Shown here: piece by piece, positions 19,064 to 28,914 of the stretch
Layout of the letters: the number at the start of each line of letters is the position of its first letter
Numbering within the stretch: the first letter of the stretch is position 1
Source of the DNA: a virus
Strand: one strand, 5' to 3'
DNA: 64,000 bases
IMG/VR virus record: IMGVR_UViG_3300032156_000001
Coordinates: 124,119-188,118 of that record
Translations under genes and position numbers: made by a program
The notes under the pieces: generated by a model
Told to the model about the DNA's origin: nothing
The model's database searches: none
Seen by the model: the letters and a program-made list of their open reading frames with translations, nothing else

Positions 19064-19612
19064 ATGCCTGGCCAGCGGTCACCTGACATAGCGGACTACG
19101 TCACGCCGCGCAAGGACTACCGTTCCTGCATAGGAGCGGCGGACGACACCGTCCTCGGTCCGTTGAGCCCGGCCATACCCGTCCTGAACACGGCGCTGCC
19201 GCCCGACCTGAACATGGGCGTGCGCACGAACGCCTGCAGCCAGTACGGCAGGAACGCACAGATCAACTTCGCCATAATCAAGAGCGGCAGCTGCGACGTG
19301 TGCATGGCGCTGTACCTTCTCGCGGAAGTGGAGGCCAAGACGGTGCTGCCCCCGCCTTCGCCGACGCCGTCGTCGTCTTCGTCTTCGCCGTCATCGTCAT
19401 CGTCTCCGTCGTCTTCGCCGTCATCGTCTTCATCGTCTCCGGCGCAGTGCGGGGACGGGCTGTACGGCGAGTGGGTGCAGGTGGCGTCGTTCCACACGGA
19501 AGTCCCGGTGCTTTGGGTGGTGAAGGACATACCGCCCGGCAAGTACAAGGTGGTCGTGACGAATTTTCCCGCTGGCGAGAAGATCACGATACGCGAGCAG
19601 CATGCTGCGTAG
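19064..19612 (+). CDS. Hypothetical virion protein with an internal Ser/Pro tract
   Basis: Two small beta-rich regions joined by SPTPSSSSSSPSSSSSPSSSPSSSSSSP. Confidence 0.6.
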   Translation: MPGQRSPDIADYVTPRKDYRSCIGAADDTVLGPLSPAIPVLNTALPPDLNMGVRTNACSQYGRNAQINFAIIKSGSCDVCMALYLLAEVEAKTVLPPPSPTPSSSSSSPSSSSSPSSSPSSSSSSPAQCGDGLYGEWVQVASFHTEVPVLWVVKDIPPGKYKVVVTNFPAGEKITIREQHAA

Positions 19613-19623
19613 GAGGAACGGAA

Positions 19624-19899
19624 ATGCGCACATTGGTCTTCAACAACCTGTACCGCTCCCAGTTCTTCGGGTACATCCCGCCGCACGGGGCGGCCATTCC
19701 CGGCCGGCGCTCGGTGCTCGTGGACGGCGACCTCCGGTCCGTGCTGGCCAGCGGGCGCGCCAGGTACTCGCGGAAGCGCGAGATCGCGGCGCTGAACCAC
19801 GACCAGGACGCCTGCATCGTCACGCTGAGCGAGGTGCCGGAGCCGAGCTGCTCGTCCAGCTCCAGCTCGATGTCCAGCTCCAGCTCGCCGGCGATGTAG
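19624..19899 (+). CDS. Stand-alone GYxPPHG/DGDLR module with a Ser-rich tail
   Basis: AGGAGG SD; ATG at 19624; homologous to the N-termini of 19939, 21028 and 37509. Confidence 0.7.
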   Translation: MRTLVFNNLYRSQFFGYIPPHGAAIPGRRSVLVDGDLRSVLASGRARYSRKREIAALNHDQDACIVTLSEVPEPSCSSSSSSMSSSSSPAM

Positions 19900-19938
19900 C
19901 CGAAATACGTCGGGGGTTGCGGCCAGGAGGACCTACCG

Positions 19939-21009
19939 GTGCGAACGTTGATAGAGAACCCCGGCCACAGGCGGCTGTTCGGCTACGTGCCGCCACACGG
20001 CGTTTTCCTTGCGAGGCACGGGCACGTCGTCATAGACGGGGACCTGCGGACGGTGTTGGCCGGCGGCAAGCGCTATTCGCGCGGCCGCGAGTTGGCCGCG
20101 CTGCGCGGCGATGAGGAAGCCGGGCAGGTCCGGTTGGACAAGGAACCGGATCCCAGCACGTCGTCTTCGTCTTCGCCGTCCTTCAGCCCGCGCGACCTGC
20201 CGGGGATAGTGGCATGGTACGACGCCCTGCAGCTGACCAGGGGCCGTGGGTCGCCGCCATCGGAATCCTCGAGCTCCAGCCCCAGCTCGTCCGAGAGCTC
20301 CGGCTCCAGCGAAGAGCCGGTCTACGTACCTGTTTGGCCTGAGTTGATCCACGGGCGCGACGCCGAAGCCCCGATGGATCTTTCGCATCAGCCGATCTAC
20401 GTGCCGGACGGGATCAATGGGCAGCCCGTCATCGCGTTCTCGAACGACCGCTGGTTCACGGTGCCGTACGCGGCCGCGCTGAATCCCGCCGCGCTCAGTC
20501 TGTTCGCCGTGGTGAAGAAGACGCGGGGCGGCGACACGTGGGACGTCTGGTACAGCGAGAACAGCGGCGGCTATGACCTGTTCATCGACTATCCAAGGGC
20601 GATAAAGGCGAGGCAGCTGAAGCGTGGCCGCGTGAGGCACCGCGACAGGAAGCCGCCGACGGAGAGGCTCCCGTCTGCGCCGTCCGTTTGCGCCCAAGTG
20701 CGCGTGGGCGACGAATGGATAGAAATGTCATACGAAACGATCGAGACCGACCCGACCGTCATCGGCATGACCATCGACGCCGTCAATCCCATGGTGATCA
20801 TCTGGGCGAAGTACCACGGATTGTCCTTCCTGCTCGACGCGCCGTACACGCCCAACGACAGCGACGACGTGTGGATCGGCGGATACGGCAACTCCGGCGA
20901 CCCGGGCTTGTACATCGGCGAGATCGTCCTCACGGAAGGCGTCATGGCGCCCGCCGACCGCGCCAACCTGCACGAATACTTCAAGGCGAAGTGGGGGCTG
21001 GTCTGGTAA
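19939..21009 (+). CDS. GYxPPHG module fused to a LamG/concanavalin-A-like domain
   Basis: AGGAGG SD and GTG start; FSPRDLPGIVAWYDA...GINGQPVIAF...IGEIVL...LHEYFKAKWG pattern; two Ser tracts. Confidence 0.65.
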   Translation: MRTLIENPGHRRLFGYVPPHGVFLARHGHVVIDGDLRTVLAGGKRYSRGRELAALRGDEEAGQVRLDKEPDPSTSSSSSPSFSPRDLPGIVAWYDALQLTRGRGSPPSESSSSSPSSSESSGSSEEPVYVPVWPELIHGRDAEAPMDLSHQPIYVPDGINGQPVIAFSNDRWFTVPYAAALNPAALSLFAVVKKTRGGDTWDVWYSENSGGYDLFIDYPRAIKARQLKRGRVRHRDRKPPTERLPSAPSVCAQVRVGDEWIEMSYETIETDPTVIGMTIDAVNPMVIIWAKYHGLSFLLDAPYTPNDSDDVWIGGYGNSGDPGLYIGEIVLTEGVMAPADRANLHEYFKAKWGLVW

Positions 21010-21027
21010 GACGACCCGGGAGACTGC

Positions 21028-22035
21028 GTGAAAACCCAGTTCGCCAATCTTACCGGTCACAGCAGGTTCTTCGGTTACGTGGGGCCGCACGGCGGCACTG
21101 TGCCGCGCCGCAGGCGCAGGGAGCTTGACGGCGACCTGCGAACGGTGCTGGCCGGCGGCATGGGCAAGCGCTTCTCCAGGCAGCGTGAAATGGCCGCCAT
21201 GACCGCCGCGGACGACGCCGGCCAGATCGGGCTGGTCGAGACGACCGATTACAGGTTCAGCCCGCGACACCTGACGGGGATAAGGGCGTGGTTCGACGCG
21301 ACGCAGATGGGTCCCGTCAGTCCCGGCACGATCTACAGGTGGCCCGATCTGATAGCCAACAACGACGCCGTCGCCTTCGAGAGGGATCTGGCGCCGGCTT
21401 ACGAACCGGCCGGGATCAACGGGTTGCCGGTCGTGGCGTTCGCGGGGGACGAGGGCCTCGTCATACCGTACTCAGCGTTCACGGATCCCGGCGTCTTGAG
21501 CCTGTTCATAGTAGTGAAGATCGAGGATCTCAACGACGCCTGGGCTTTGTGGTACAGCGAGGGCTTCGACGGCGGGTACTACTTGCAGATCAACAACCCC
21601 AGGAGCATGAAGGGCCGCGCGCCGGAACGGGGGCCGCGCAGCAGGCAAACGGAAGACAACCTGGGGCCAAGGCCGAGAGGAGCCGGCGGCTGCGTCAAGA
21701 CCCAACTCTTCGTCGGTTCCACCTGGGTCGGGAACTCCAACTGGGGCGTCACGGCGCCGCCGGTGAACCTGGTCGCGCTGACGATAGGCCCCGTCGACGG
21801 CGGCAGGACGCCGTGGTCCCTCAAGGTCAACAACGAAACCGTGTCGGGCACGCCCAGCGGCGCGTACGTGTCGGCGGGCGCCGGCGGCGACATCTGGCTG
21901 GCTGGCTGGGGCTCTCCGGCCGATCCGCTGCACAAGCTGAGGATCGGCGAGATGGTGCTCGTAGGCGGCATCCTTAGCGACGACGATCTCGCCGCGCTCC
22001 GCGCGTATTTCAGCGCGAAATGGGGCACCGTCTGA
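21028..22035 (+). CDS. GYxPPHG module fused to a LamG/concanavalin-A-like domain (paralog)
   Basis: FSPRHLTGIRAWFDA...GINGLPVVAF...IGEMVL...LRAYFSAKWG, colinear with 19939. Confidence 0.65.
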   Translation: MKTQFANLTGHSRFFGYVGPHGGTVPRRRRRELDGDLRTVLAGGMGKRFSRQREMAAMTAADDAGQIGLVETTDYRFSPRHLTGIRAWFDATQMGPVSPGTIYRWPDLIANNDAVAFERDLAPAYEPAGINGLPVVAFAGDEGLVIPYSAFTDPGVLSLFIVVKIEDLNDAWALWYSEGFDGGYYLQINNPRSMKGRAPERGPRSRQTEDNLGPRPRGAGGCVKTQLFVGSTWVGNSNWGVTAPPVNLVALTIGPVDGGRTPWSLKVNNETVSGTPSGAYVSAGAGGDIWLAGWGSPADPLHKLRIGEMVLVGGILSDDDLAALRAYFSAKWGTV

Positions 22036-22047
22036 CGAAAGGCAAGC

Positions 22048-22383
22048 GTGAGAACGCGGCTTACTAATCTCGCCAGGCAAGCCACTGCTTCGCCTCTGGG
22101 AACCGCGCCGCTGGTAGTCGGGTTCACTTTCGGCGCTCCCTCCATGTCGGCCTGGCTGAACTATGTTCCTGCCTCGGACGCCGCAGAGTCGTACTCGCAG
22201 GGGTCGGACCACGACACCGTCATTTGCGGCGACGGATATGCGGCCTTGACGGAGCGATTCCGCATCAGCGAGATCGTATTCGTCGGCAATGTGCTTGACG
22301 CTTCCGATCGCACCAAGCTGCTGAATTATCTGTGCGACAAGTGGGCCCTTGATACTTCCAGTAGTTCTAGCCCGTCCGCCTGA
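22048..22383 (+). pseudogene. Internally deleted or eroded third copy of the LamG-like gene
   Basis: Keeps an MRTRLTNL-type start and the C-terminal ISEIVFVGNVL...LLNYLCDKW; lacks the core; atypical codon usage. Confidence 0.5.
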
Positions 22384-22450
22384 AAGCAGCCTTCGGTTGC
22401 GCCGGCGTGCGCCGTGTCGTATCGTATACTGGGACGCGGAGGAAGCGCCG

Positions 22451-23362
22451 ATGCCGTTAGCCAACGACTGCCTTGACCACATCAGCTCCTGTGCCAACAG
22501 GCTGTGGTCGCTGACCGTCGGCCAGCAGACCAACGACGAGTTCCCGATCATGCTCAAGGACCCGCTGACTGGCGACGCGGTGGACCTGACGAAGTACGAC
22601 ATCCCGCCCGAATCGTCGTCCTCCTCGTCCTCGTCTTCTTCATCCTCCGGGGCGGCAGGCAAGCACGGCGTGGAGATCACCGTCTGCGGCAACGTGAAGT
22701 TCCGCCTGCCGCCGTTCTACCACCAGAAGATGGCCGTCGTGCACGGCCGCGAGGAGGCGGAACAGGGGAAGGTCTGGCTGGAGGTGGACGGCAATTTCTC
22801 CGACTACGCCGGGATCTGGTACGCCCAGGCGACCGTCTACCAGCGCGGCGTCAGCCGCAAGCTGCTGCCGTTCTACTACGAGGTGATGACGAACATCGCG
22901 GTGCGGCCGCCGCCCAACCAGCCGAACGACCCGGTCACGTCGGTGGAGATCAGGACCAAGATGCGCGACATGTGCCCGGAGATGAACTTCCTGATCGACA
23001 GGCAGGAGATCGCCCAGGAAGAGATCATGTGGGCGATCCTGCACAACGTCGAGATATGGAACGAGGCGCTGCCCCCGGTGGCGCAGTACATGAACGCGCT
23101 GATCTTCCCGTTCAAGGGCCAGCTGTCGGAGGGCGTCGTGGGCGAGCTGATGATGCTCGTGGCGCGGTGGATGCGGCGCAACGACCTCGACTACGCGGCG
23201 GCGGGGCTGGAAGTGGGCGACACGAAGAAGTGGCCGGCGTACATGCAGATCGGCGGCCAGATGCACGCCGACTGGAAGAAGTTCATCACCGAGAAGAAGA
23301 AGCAGATCAACCTCGAGGGGGCCTACGGCCGCATAGGCGGCTGGCCGAGCTGGTGGTTCTAG
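22451..23362 (+). CDS. Neck/head-tail adaptor-like protein with an N-terminal extra domain and poly-Ser
   Basis: GGAGG SD; C-terminal helical region RRNDLDYAAAG...EKKKQINLEGAYG; first gene of the neck block. Confidence 0.55.
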   Translation: MPLANDCLDHISSCANRLWSLTVGQQTNDEFPIMLKDPLTGDAVDLTKYDIPPESSSSSSSSSSSSGAAGKHGVEITVCGNVKFRLPPFYHQKMAVVHGREEAEQGKVWLEVDGNFSDYAGIWYAQATVYQRGVSRKLLPFYYEVMTNIAVRPPPNQPNDPVTSVEIRTKMRDMCPEMNFLIDRQEIAQEEIMWAILHNVEIWNEALPPVAQYMNALIFPFKGQLSEGVVGELMMLVARWMRRNDLDYAAAGLEVGDTKKWPAYMQIGGQMHADWKKFITEKKKQINLEGAYGRIGGWPSWWF

Positions 23363-23370
23363 GAGGACGG

Positions 23371-23664
23371 ATGGAACCGCTGGAATTCCTGGTGGGCCAG
23401 GCGACGAAGCGGGCCGCGATGGTGCTGCAACGGTCGCTGACGCCGGCAGGCGTGACCGGCTGGCGCCCACCGCCGAAGCCGATCGCGCCGCCGTCGTTCC
23501 TGGGCGGGCAGCTGCGACGGACGCGGTTCGGGCCGGCCGCGATGGCGGGCCTGGGCCTGGGCGGGCTGGGCATCGCGCTGCCGACGATCCTGCAGGGGAT
23601 CAGGGGCTTCAAGGACATGCTTGAGGGCCGGCGGTCGCTGGACCAGGCGTCGGCGGGCCGCTGA
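23371..23664 (+). CDS. Small glycine-zipper protein
   Basis: AGGAGG SD and ATG at 23371; AAMAGLGLGGLGIALP hydrophobic segment; KRAA motif. Confidence 0.6.
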   Translation: MEPLEFLVGQATKRAAMVLQRSLTPAGVTGWRPPPKPIAPPSFLGGQLRRTRFGPAAMAGLGLGGLGIALPTILQGIRGFKDMLEGRRSLDQASAGR

Positions 23665-23666
23665 GT

Positions 23667-23684
23667 TTTCCAAGGCCTTGGAAA
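23667..23684. promoter_or_regulatory. 18-bp palindrome TTTCCAAGGCCTTGGAAA, copy 2 (intergenic)
   Basis: Begins 3 nt after a stop codon and ends 12 nt before the ATG of 23697. Confidence 0.65.
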
Positions 23685-23696
23685 CTGGAGCTTCGG

Positions 23697-24701
23697 ATGG
23701 CAAACCCGGCGATGCTTCCCGCCACGACGCCGAGCGCCATCTTCGACCCCAGGGACGCCCGGAAGCTGGACTGCACGTGCTTCAAGCGCGTGCAGATCCT
23801 GGCGCAGCCGCTGGGAGGCCATCTGGCCGCCTGGGAGCTCCAGACCGGCTTCCGCGGCAAGGGCGCGTTCCACTTCTACGTCGACTTCGGCAGGCCGGGC
23901 ACCAACGAATGGGAGTGCCTGAACACGGTCCCCATCGTGGACAGCTGCCTGTTCATGGACCCGCTTCAGCGTCACTGGGACCACCTGGCCGATTGGTACT
24001 ACAGGGTCAGGCTGGCGCTGCCGGAGGACGTCGACCCGGCGACGGGCCAATGCAGGCTGTACGCCTCGCAGCCGCAGCAGGCCAACGGCATCCTGAACAA
24101 GAAGGACTGGCTGCTGGCCAGGGAGATCTGCCGGAAGGAGTACCTGTACCAGCGCAAGCGCGTGAACATGACGGCGGTGGGCTGGCTGCTCAAGCGGAAG
24201 CGGTGGGGGACGGGCTGCCCGCAGTGCCTCGACTACGACAGCGGCGAGGTCAAGAGCGTCGACTGCCCGGTCTGCTACGGGACCGGCTTCGTGGGCGGGT
24301 ACTTCCCGGCGGTGGACTTCATCTTCACGCTCGTGAACGCGCCGTGGCCGCGGGAGTTCAAGTGGGACGAAACGGTCTCGCGCAAGAACGACATCGCGAG
24401 GCAGGGGCGGGCCGTGGCGTACCCGTACCTCGACACCAACGACGTCTACGTCCGCCAGGACACCGGCGAGCGCTTCTTCGTGAACCAGATACAGACCGCC
24501 GCCGAGGTGGGCGGCGTCCCCGTCGTGGTGCTGGCGGAGCTGCGGCTGGCGCCCGTGACGCATGTCATCTACAAGATACCGCTGGCGGCGCCGAGCTCGT
24601 CCAGCTCGTCGAAGAGCGGCCCGAGCTCCAGCCCCAGTTCCAGCAGCGTCCCGCCGTGCGACTGGCGGGTCGGCCTGAACGGCGACGAGGAGAACTGGTA
24701 G
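23697..24701 (+). CDS. Head-closure/neck protein with a CxxC...CxxC zinc finger
   Basis: RWGTGCPQC...DCPVCYGTGFVGGYF; beta-barrel-like C-terminus; Ser-rich tail; lies between adaptor and terminator. Confidence 0.55.
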   Translation: MANPAMLPATTPSAIFDPRDARKLDCTCFKRVQILAQPLGGHLAAWELQTGFRGKGAFHFYVDFGRPGTNEWECLNTVPIVDSCLFMDPLQRHWDHLADWYYRVRLALPEDVDPATGQCRLYASQPQQANGILNKKDWLLAREICRKEYLYQRKRVNMTAVGWLLKRKRWGTGCPQCLDYDSGEVKSVDCPVCYGTGFVGGYFPAVDFIFTLVNAPWPREFKWDETVSRKNDIARQGRAVAYPYLDTNDVYVRQDTGERFFVNQIQTAAEVGGVPVVVLAELRLAPVTHVIYKIPLAAPSSSSSSKSGPSSSPSSSSVPPCDWRVGLNGDEENW

Positions 24702-24810
24702 ATGGACATGAAACCGCCAGCCGGGTATAAGGAACGGAGTCCCGTGCCGGCCAAGCTGGTAGGCAGGCTCAACATGCGGACTTGGGAGCCCGATTTCGAG
24801 GACGTGGTGC

Positions 24811-25524
24811 ATGGCATTGCCCCCCGTCGACAACAGAACGACGGCCGTCGGCCTGGAGCCGGCCAGCAGCCTTTGCAGCACCGGCCCGTTCGCTAACGTC
24901 CTCACGGGGGCGTTCCTGCGGACCCTCCAGGAGCACTTCTCCGACGCGAGCAATCTCGCCTACAACGGCGAGAACATGGATCTTGTCTCCTCGCGCGGGC
25001 AGGAGACGCCGGGCAGGCAGCTTCAGGAGTACATCTGGAAGCCCGACAACACGGAGACGAAGATCCAGATCCAGCCGGTCTGGAAGTACAACACCGAGGA
25101 CGTCCAGCGCAGGCCCGCGTTCTACGTGAAGCGCAACAAATGGCAGGTCGCCCCGCAGGAGGCGATCGACTACGGCATGACCACCAGCGCCGCGAAGACC
25201 GGGGCGATCGTGCAGGGGCAGTTCCAGACCCACGCCATGATAGGCAGCCATTCCATCTTCGCCGTCGGACAAAGCGGGGCGGAGGTTGAGCTTCTGGCCT
25301 CCGAGGCGTATGATCTGTTCATGAGCTTCCGGTCGGCCATACGGGAGGACCTGAAGCTGCACAAGTTCGCCGTCCTGGAAGTGGAGGCGGCGCAGTTGCT
25401 GGACGAGCACGTGGAGGCGTGGGTGGTGCCGGTGGTGCTCGGCTACGCCTTCTACAGGGCTTGGCGCGTGGACAGGGTCGCGCCGTGGTTGAAGGGCGCG
25501 TCCATCGACTTGAGATCGGGATGA
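24811..25524 (+). CDS. Tail terminator/completion-like protein
   Basis: Lies directly before the sheath gene; RRPAFYVKRN motif; alpha/beta pattern. Confidence 0.5.
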   Translation: MALPPVDNRTTAVGLEPASSLCSTGPFANVLTGAFLRTLQEHFSDASNLAYNGENMDLVSSRGQETPGRQLQEYIWKPDNTETKIQIQPVWKYNTEDVQRRPAFYVKRNKWQVAPQEAIDYGMTTSAAKTGAIVQGQFQTHAMIGSHSIFAVGQSGAEVELLASEAYDLFMSFRSAIREDLKLHKFAVLEVEAAQLLDEHVEAWVVPVVLGYAFYRAWRVDRVAPWLKGASIDLRSG

Positions 25525-25537
25525 AGGAGAACGGGCG

Positions 25538-28345
25538 ATGACTTACGTGCTTCCGCAGGTCCTGGTCCATCAGGAGTTCGCCGCCGCCCCCGCCGCGCTG
25601 GTCCAGCCGCTCAACGCGTGCATCATCGGGCCGCAGTACGACCTGCACCGGTACGCCGACGCGGACGAGAAGGCGCTCATCAAGGTGACGGACCAGTACG
25701 ACCCGCTGAGCGACACCTGCTTCCCCTGGCCGGGCAGGCCGGCGGGCGGCGTGGTGGACCCGGACTACACGCGGGTCTTCATGGACGACGCCTGGCTGGA
25801 GATGTACCACGAACCGGCCGGCGGCCCCGGCGGGCCCGTCCTGGCCGTCTCCGGGTACAGGAACAGGATCCGCGCGGAGAACATCGTCTTCGCCACGGCG
25901 AACGGATACGCCAGGTCGGCCGGTCTCCTCAGGGACATCCGGGCCGGCGACGGCGTCAAGGTGTTCGCGAACGCCTGCGGCGGCGTGTACGAGCTCAGGA
26001 CCACGGTCCTCGGCCTCGTCGCCGACGTGGTCCCCGCGGTCATCGGAACGGCCGAGGCTGACGACGGCAACCACGACGCCACCATCGTCGGCGTCACGAT
26101 CGCCAACGCCGGCCAGCCAATCTCCGGCACGGTCAACAACGTGCTGCTGTCGGCCGGCGACGCGTCGAGCTACGACGGGATGGCCGACGGTAATCCCGAT
26201 GAGACGTACGACATCGAGGTCCTGGTGGCCGGCGGCGAGAACGAGGCCGTCTTCCGCGTCACCTCCGCTTCCGGCAACGACGACGACGCCTCCGTGGCGT
26301 TCAACGTGGCGTTCGGCGCCCCGATCGCCGTCGGCGCCCGCGGCTTGACCTGCACCTTCATCACGCGCGGGCCGGACGAGTTCGTCGTCGGCCAGGTGTT
26401 CAGGATCCAGGCGCGGCAGAACTTCACCCCGGCGACGTACGCGTCGGGCGGCACGTACACCGGCGAGTACGACACCACCTATATCGTCAGGGTGTCGCTC
26501 GGCGGCGCCTTCACTGACCCGGTCCAGCCGCAGATCACCGTGACGACCACGACGGGCGTGGACGTGTCCGGCCCGACGACCGTGACGGCCAGCGGCCTGG
26601 CGGTGCCGGTGGGCAACTACGGCGCGACCATCGCGTTCACGGGGCTGGCGCTGTGCAAGGGCGACCAGTACACGATCGTCGTGACGGCGGTCGCCGACGG
26701 CCCGGTCAAGACGCTCGTGCTGGCCAACAACCTGCCCGACGAGCTGCGGGGGATATGCGGGACCCGCGGCATCAGGGGGCCGTCCTCCTCGTCTTCATCC
26801 TCGAGCAGCTCCAGCAGCTCGGGCGCGCCGCCCGACCTGGACCTGACGCTGTACATGATCAAGGACATCGAGGTCCCGCAGGCCAAGTCGCCCGGCGCGC
26901 AGAACTGGACGCAGAGCGCGACCGAGATCTGCCTCAAGGCCGGCATCCAGGGCTACGACGCGGAGTGGGTCAGCGGCGGCGTCATGCAGGCCATGGACGT
27001 GGAGTACGGCGTGGTCTACGTGCAGCACCGCGACCAGCTGCCGACATGGTGCGCCACGGTGGGCACGGTGTCGGACGTGTCCGAGGTCCCGGCCGCCCTG
27101 GGCACCGTGGATCCCGACAACCCCCTGGCGTTCGGCGTGTACAAGGCGCTCGAGAACGCCGCCGGCGAGGACGTGAAGTACGTCGCCATCTGCGGCGACC
27201 CGGCGGACGTGAACAGCTGGCTGCCGGCGCTGGAGCTGCTGGTGGGCCGCGACGACGTGTACGGCCTGGTGCCGCTGACCCAGCAGAAGGACATCATGGA
27301 TGCGGTCCTGGCGCACTGCCTGGCCGAGTCCACCCCGGAGGCGGGCCGCTGGCGGATCTGCTGGCTGAACATGCTGGCCGAGCAGCCGAAGCCCGTCTAC
27401 GCGTACGAGTACGGCACGGCCGACCCGCTCCTGGCCACGATCACCGACGACCCGGACACCTCGGGCACCCAGTACACGCTGGTCGACATAGACGGCGGCA
27501 AGCTGGTGACGAAGGGCGTCCGGGCCGGCGACATCCTGCGGGCCGGGTACACCAGCGACGGGTTCGGCAACATCGTCTACGCGGAGTACGTCATCGACGC
27601 GATCCTCAGCGAGGAGTCGTGCCGGCTCGTGTCCGGCCCGGCCGTCGCCGTCACCGTCCCCAGCAAGATAGAGATCTGGCGCACGCTGAGCTCGACGGAG
27701 CTGTCCGCCGAGTTGGCGGCCTACCCCGGCCTGTTCGGCAGCCGGCGCGCCTACCTGGTCTGGCCGGACGAGTGCGGGAACTCGGGCGACCGGTTCCCCG
27801 GCTACTTCCTCTGCGCGGCGCTGGCCGGCCTGCGGTCGGGCGTGCTGCCGCACCAGGGGCTCACGAACGTCGAGCTCATCGGCTTCGACGACATGACGGG
27901 CTCGATCGGCGACCTGACCGCGGTGCAGATGAGCGTGATGGCTGCGACGGGCTACTGGATCGTCGTCAAGGACCCGAACTCCGGCGCGATCTACACGCGC
28001 CATCAGCTCAGCTGCGGCGACCAGAGCGACGTGAACCAGAAGGAGCAGAACATCACGACCAACCTGGACGACATCTCCTACCTAGCGCTCGACAGGTTCT
28101 CGCCGTTCATCGGCCGCGGCAACGTGACGCCGACGATGATAGACATCGTCCGCGGCGAGTTCATCGCGCTGATGGAGCAGCTGACCAACACGATCGTGAG
28201 CAACCAGCTGGGGCCGCAGATCGTCAGCTACACGATCAAGGAGCTGCGGCAGGACCCGACGTACAAGGACAGGATCGTGGCGCGCGCGGAGCTGGTGCTG
28301 CCGGCCCCGTTTAACGTCCTCGATCTATTTTTGATCGTGAGCTAG
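25538..28345 (+). CDS. Contractile tail sheath protein with insertion domains and poly-Ser
   Basis: 935 aa; AAGGAG SD; C-terminal sheath pattern AGLRSGVLPHQGLTN...HQLS...DDISY...DRIVARAELVLPAPFNVLDLFL; followed by a tube-sized gene. Confidence 0.85.
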   Translation: MTYVLPQVLVHQEFAAAPAALVQPLNACIIGPQYDLHRYADADEKALIKVTDQYDPLSDTCFPWPGRPAGGVVDPDYTRVFMDDAWLEMYHEPAGGPGGPVLAVSGYRNRIRAENIVFATANGYARSAGLLRDIRAGDGVKVFANACGGVYELRTTVLGLVADVVPAVIGTAEADDGNHDATIVGVTIANAGQPISGTVNNVLLSAGDASSYDGMADGNPDETYDIEVLVAGGENEAVFRVTSASGNDDDASVAFNVAFGAPIAVGARGLTCTFITRGPDEFVVGQVFRIQARQNFTPATYASGGTYTGEYDTTYIVRVSLGGAFTDPVQPQITVTTTTGVDVSGPTTVTASGLAVPVGNYGATIAFTGLALCKGDQYTIVVTAVADGPVKTLVLANNLPDELRGICGTRGIRGPSSSSSSSSSSSSSGAPPDLDLTLYMIKDIEVPQAKSPGAQNWTQSATEICLKAGIQGYDAEWVSGGVMQAMDVEYGVVYVQHRDQLPTWCATVGTVSDVSEVPAALGTVDPDNPLAFGVYKALENAAGEDVKYVAICGDPADVNSWLPALELLVGRDDVYGLVPLTQQKDIMDAVLAHCLAESTPEAGRWRICWLNMLAEQPKPVYAYEYGTADPLLATITDDPDTSGTQYTLVDIDGGKLVTKGVRAGDILRAGYTSDGFGNIVYAEYVIDAILSEESCRLVSGPAVAVTVPSKIEIWRTLSSTELSAELAAYPGLFGSRRAYLVWPDECGNSGDRFPGYFLCAALAGLRSGVLPHQGLTNVELIGFDDMTGSIGDLTAVQMSVMAATGYWIVVKDPNSGAIYTRHQLSCGDQSDVNQKEQNITTNLDDISYLALDRFSPFIGRGNVTPTMIDIVRGEFIALMEQLTNTIVSNQLGPQIVSYTIKELRQDPTYKDRIVARAELVLPAPFNVLDLFLIVS

Positions 28346-28347
28346 GA

Positions 28348-28367
28348 CAAGGAGTTATGACTCCTTG
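28348..28367 (+). other. Intergenic stem-loop between sheath and tube genes
   Basis: CAAGGAGT-TATG-ACTCCTTG, 8-bp perfect stem. Confidence 0.5.
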
Positions 28368-28406
28368 ACTAGTTGAGAACGGAAACAGAAACAGGGAGGA
28401 CGACAC

Positions 28407-28856
28407 ATGGCCCGAGACATCTACAACCGCGAGGTGCAGCTGGGCACCCCGATCGCGGCCGACGCGGTCCGCATGCTGATCCCTGCCATCGGCAACGAGG
28501 ATTTCCTCATTCAGAGAGCGCAGATCCAATATAATCAAAACATTTCCCGGTTCTGGGAGGTGGGCTCCCCGAACGTGTACTTCTTCGCGGGGCGCACGCT
28601 CGGCGCGGCGCAGTTCGACCGCGTCGTCGGCGGGAAGGGCATCTCCGGCCAGTTCGTCAAGCAGTTCGGCGACGTGTGCAACATCGCGGGGAACCACCTC
28701 ACGCTGAACATGATGGCCGGCTGCGCCCCGCCGGAGGACAAGGGCAAGCTCCAGGTGTCCGGCGCGGTAATCAACTCGCTGGCCTACAGCATCGCCGCGG
28801 AGGAGATGGTGATCCACGAGACGGTCGGCATGATGTTCGCCCGCCTCAACATCTAG
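28407..28856 (+). CDS. Tail tube protein
   Basis: 149 aa, beta-rich, directly after the sheath; GGAGG SD; RFWEVGS..VYFFAGR motif. Confidence 0.75.
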   Translation: MARDIYNREVQLGTPIAADAVRMLIPAIGNEDFLIQRAQIQYNQNISRFWEVGSPNVYFFAGRTLGAAQFDRVVGGKGISGQFVKQFGDVCNIAGNHLTLNMMAGCAPPEDKGKLQVSGAVINSLAYSIAAEEMVIHETVGMMFARLNI

Positions 28857-28914
28857 CCGCGGTGCCGCGACGGGCCGGGCAGCGCCCGGCCGGCGAGGGT
28901 AGCAGGAGCAGGCC

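Noticed and set aside
22397-22430. Possible sigma70 promoter TTGCGC-N17-TATCGT (or TATACT) before the neck gene
   Set aside because: Both hexamers cannot be made good at the same spacing; too weak to call.
24702-24896. 64-aa ORF between the neck and terminator genes
   Set aside because: Short, overlaps 24811..25524 out of frame, and has no clear SD or codon bias.
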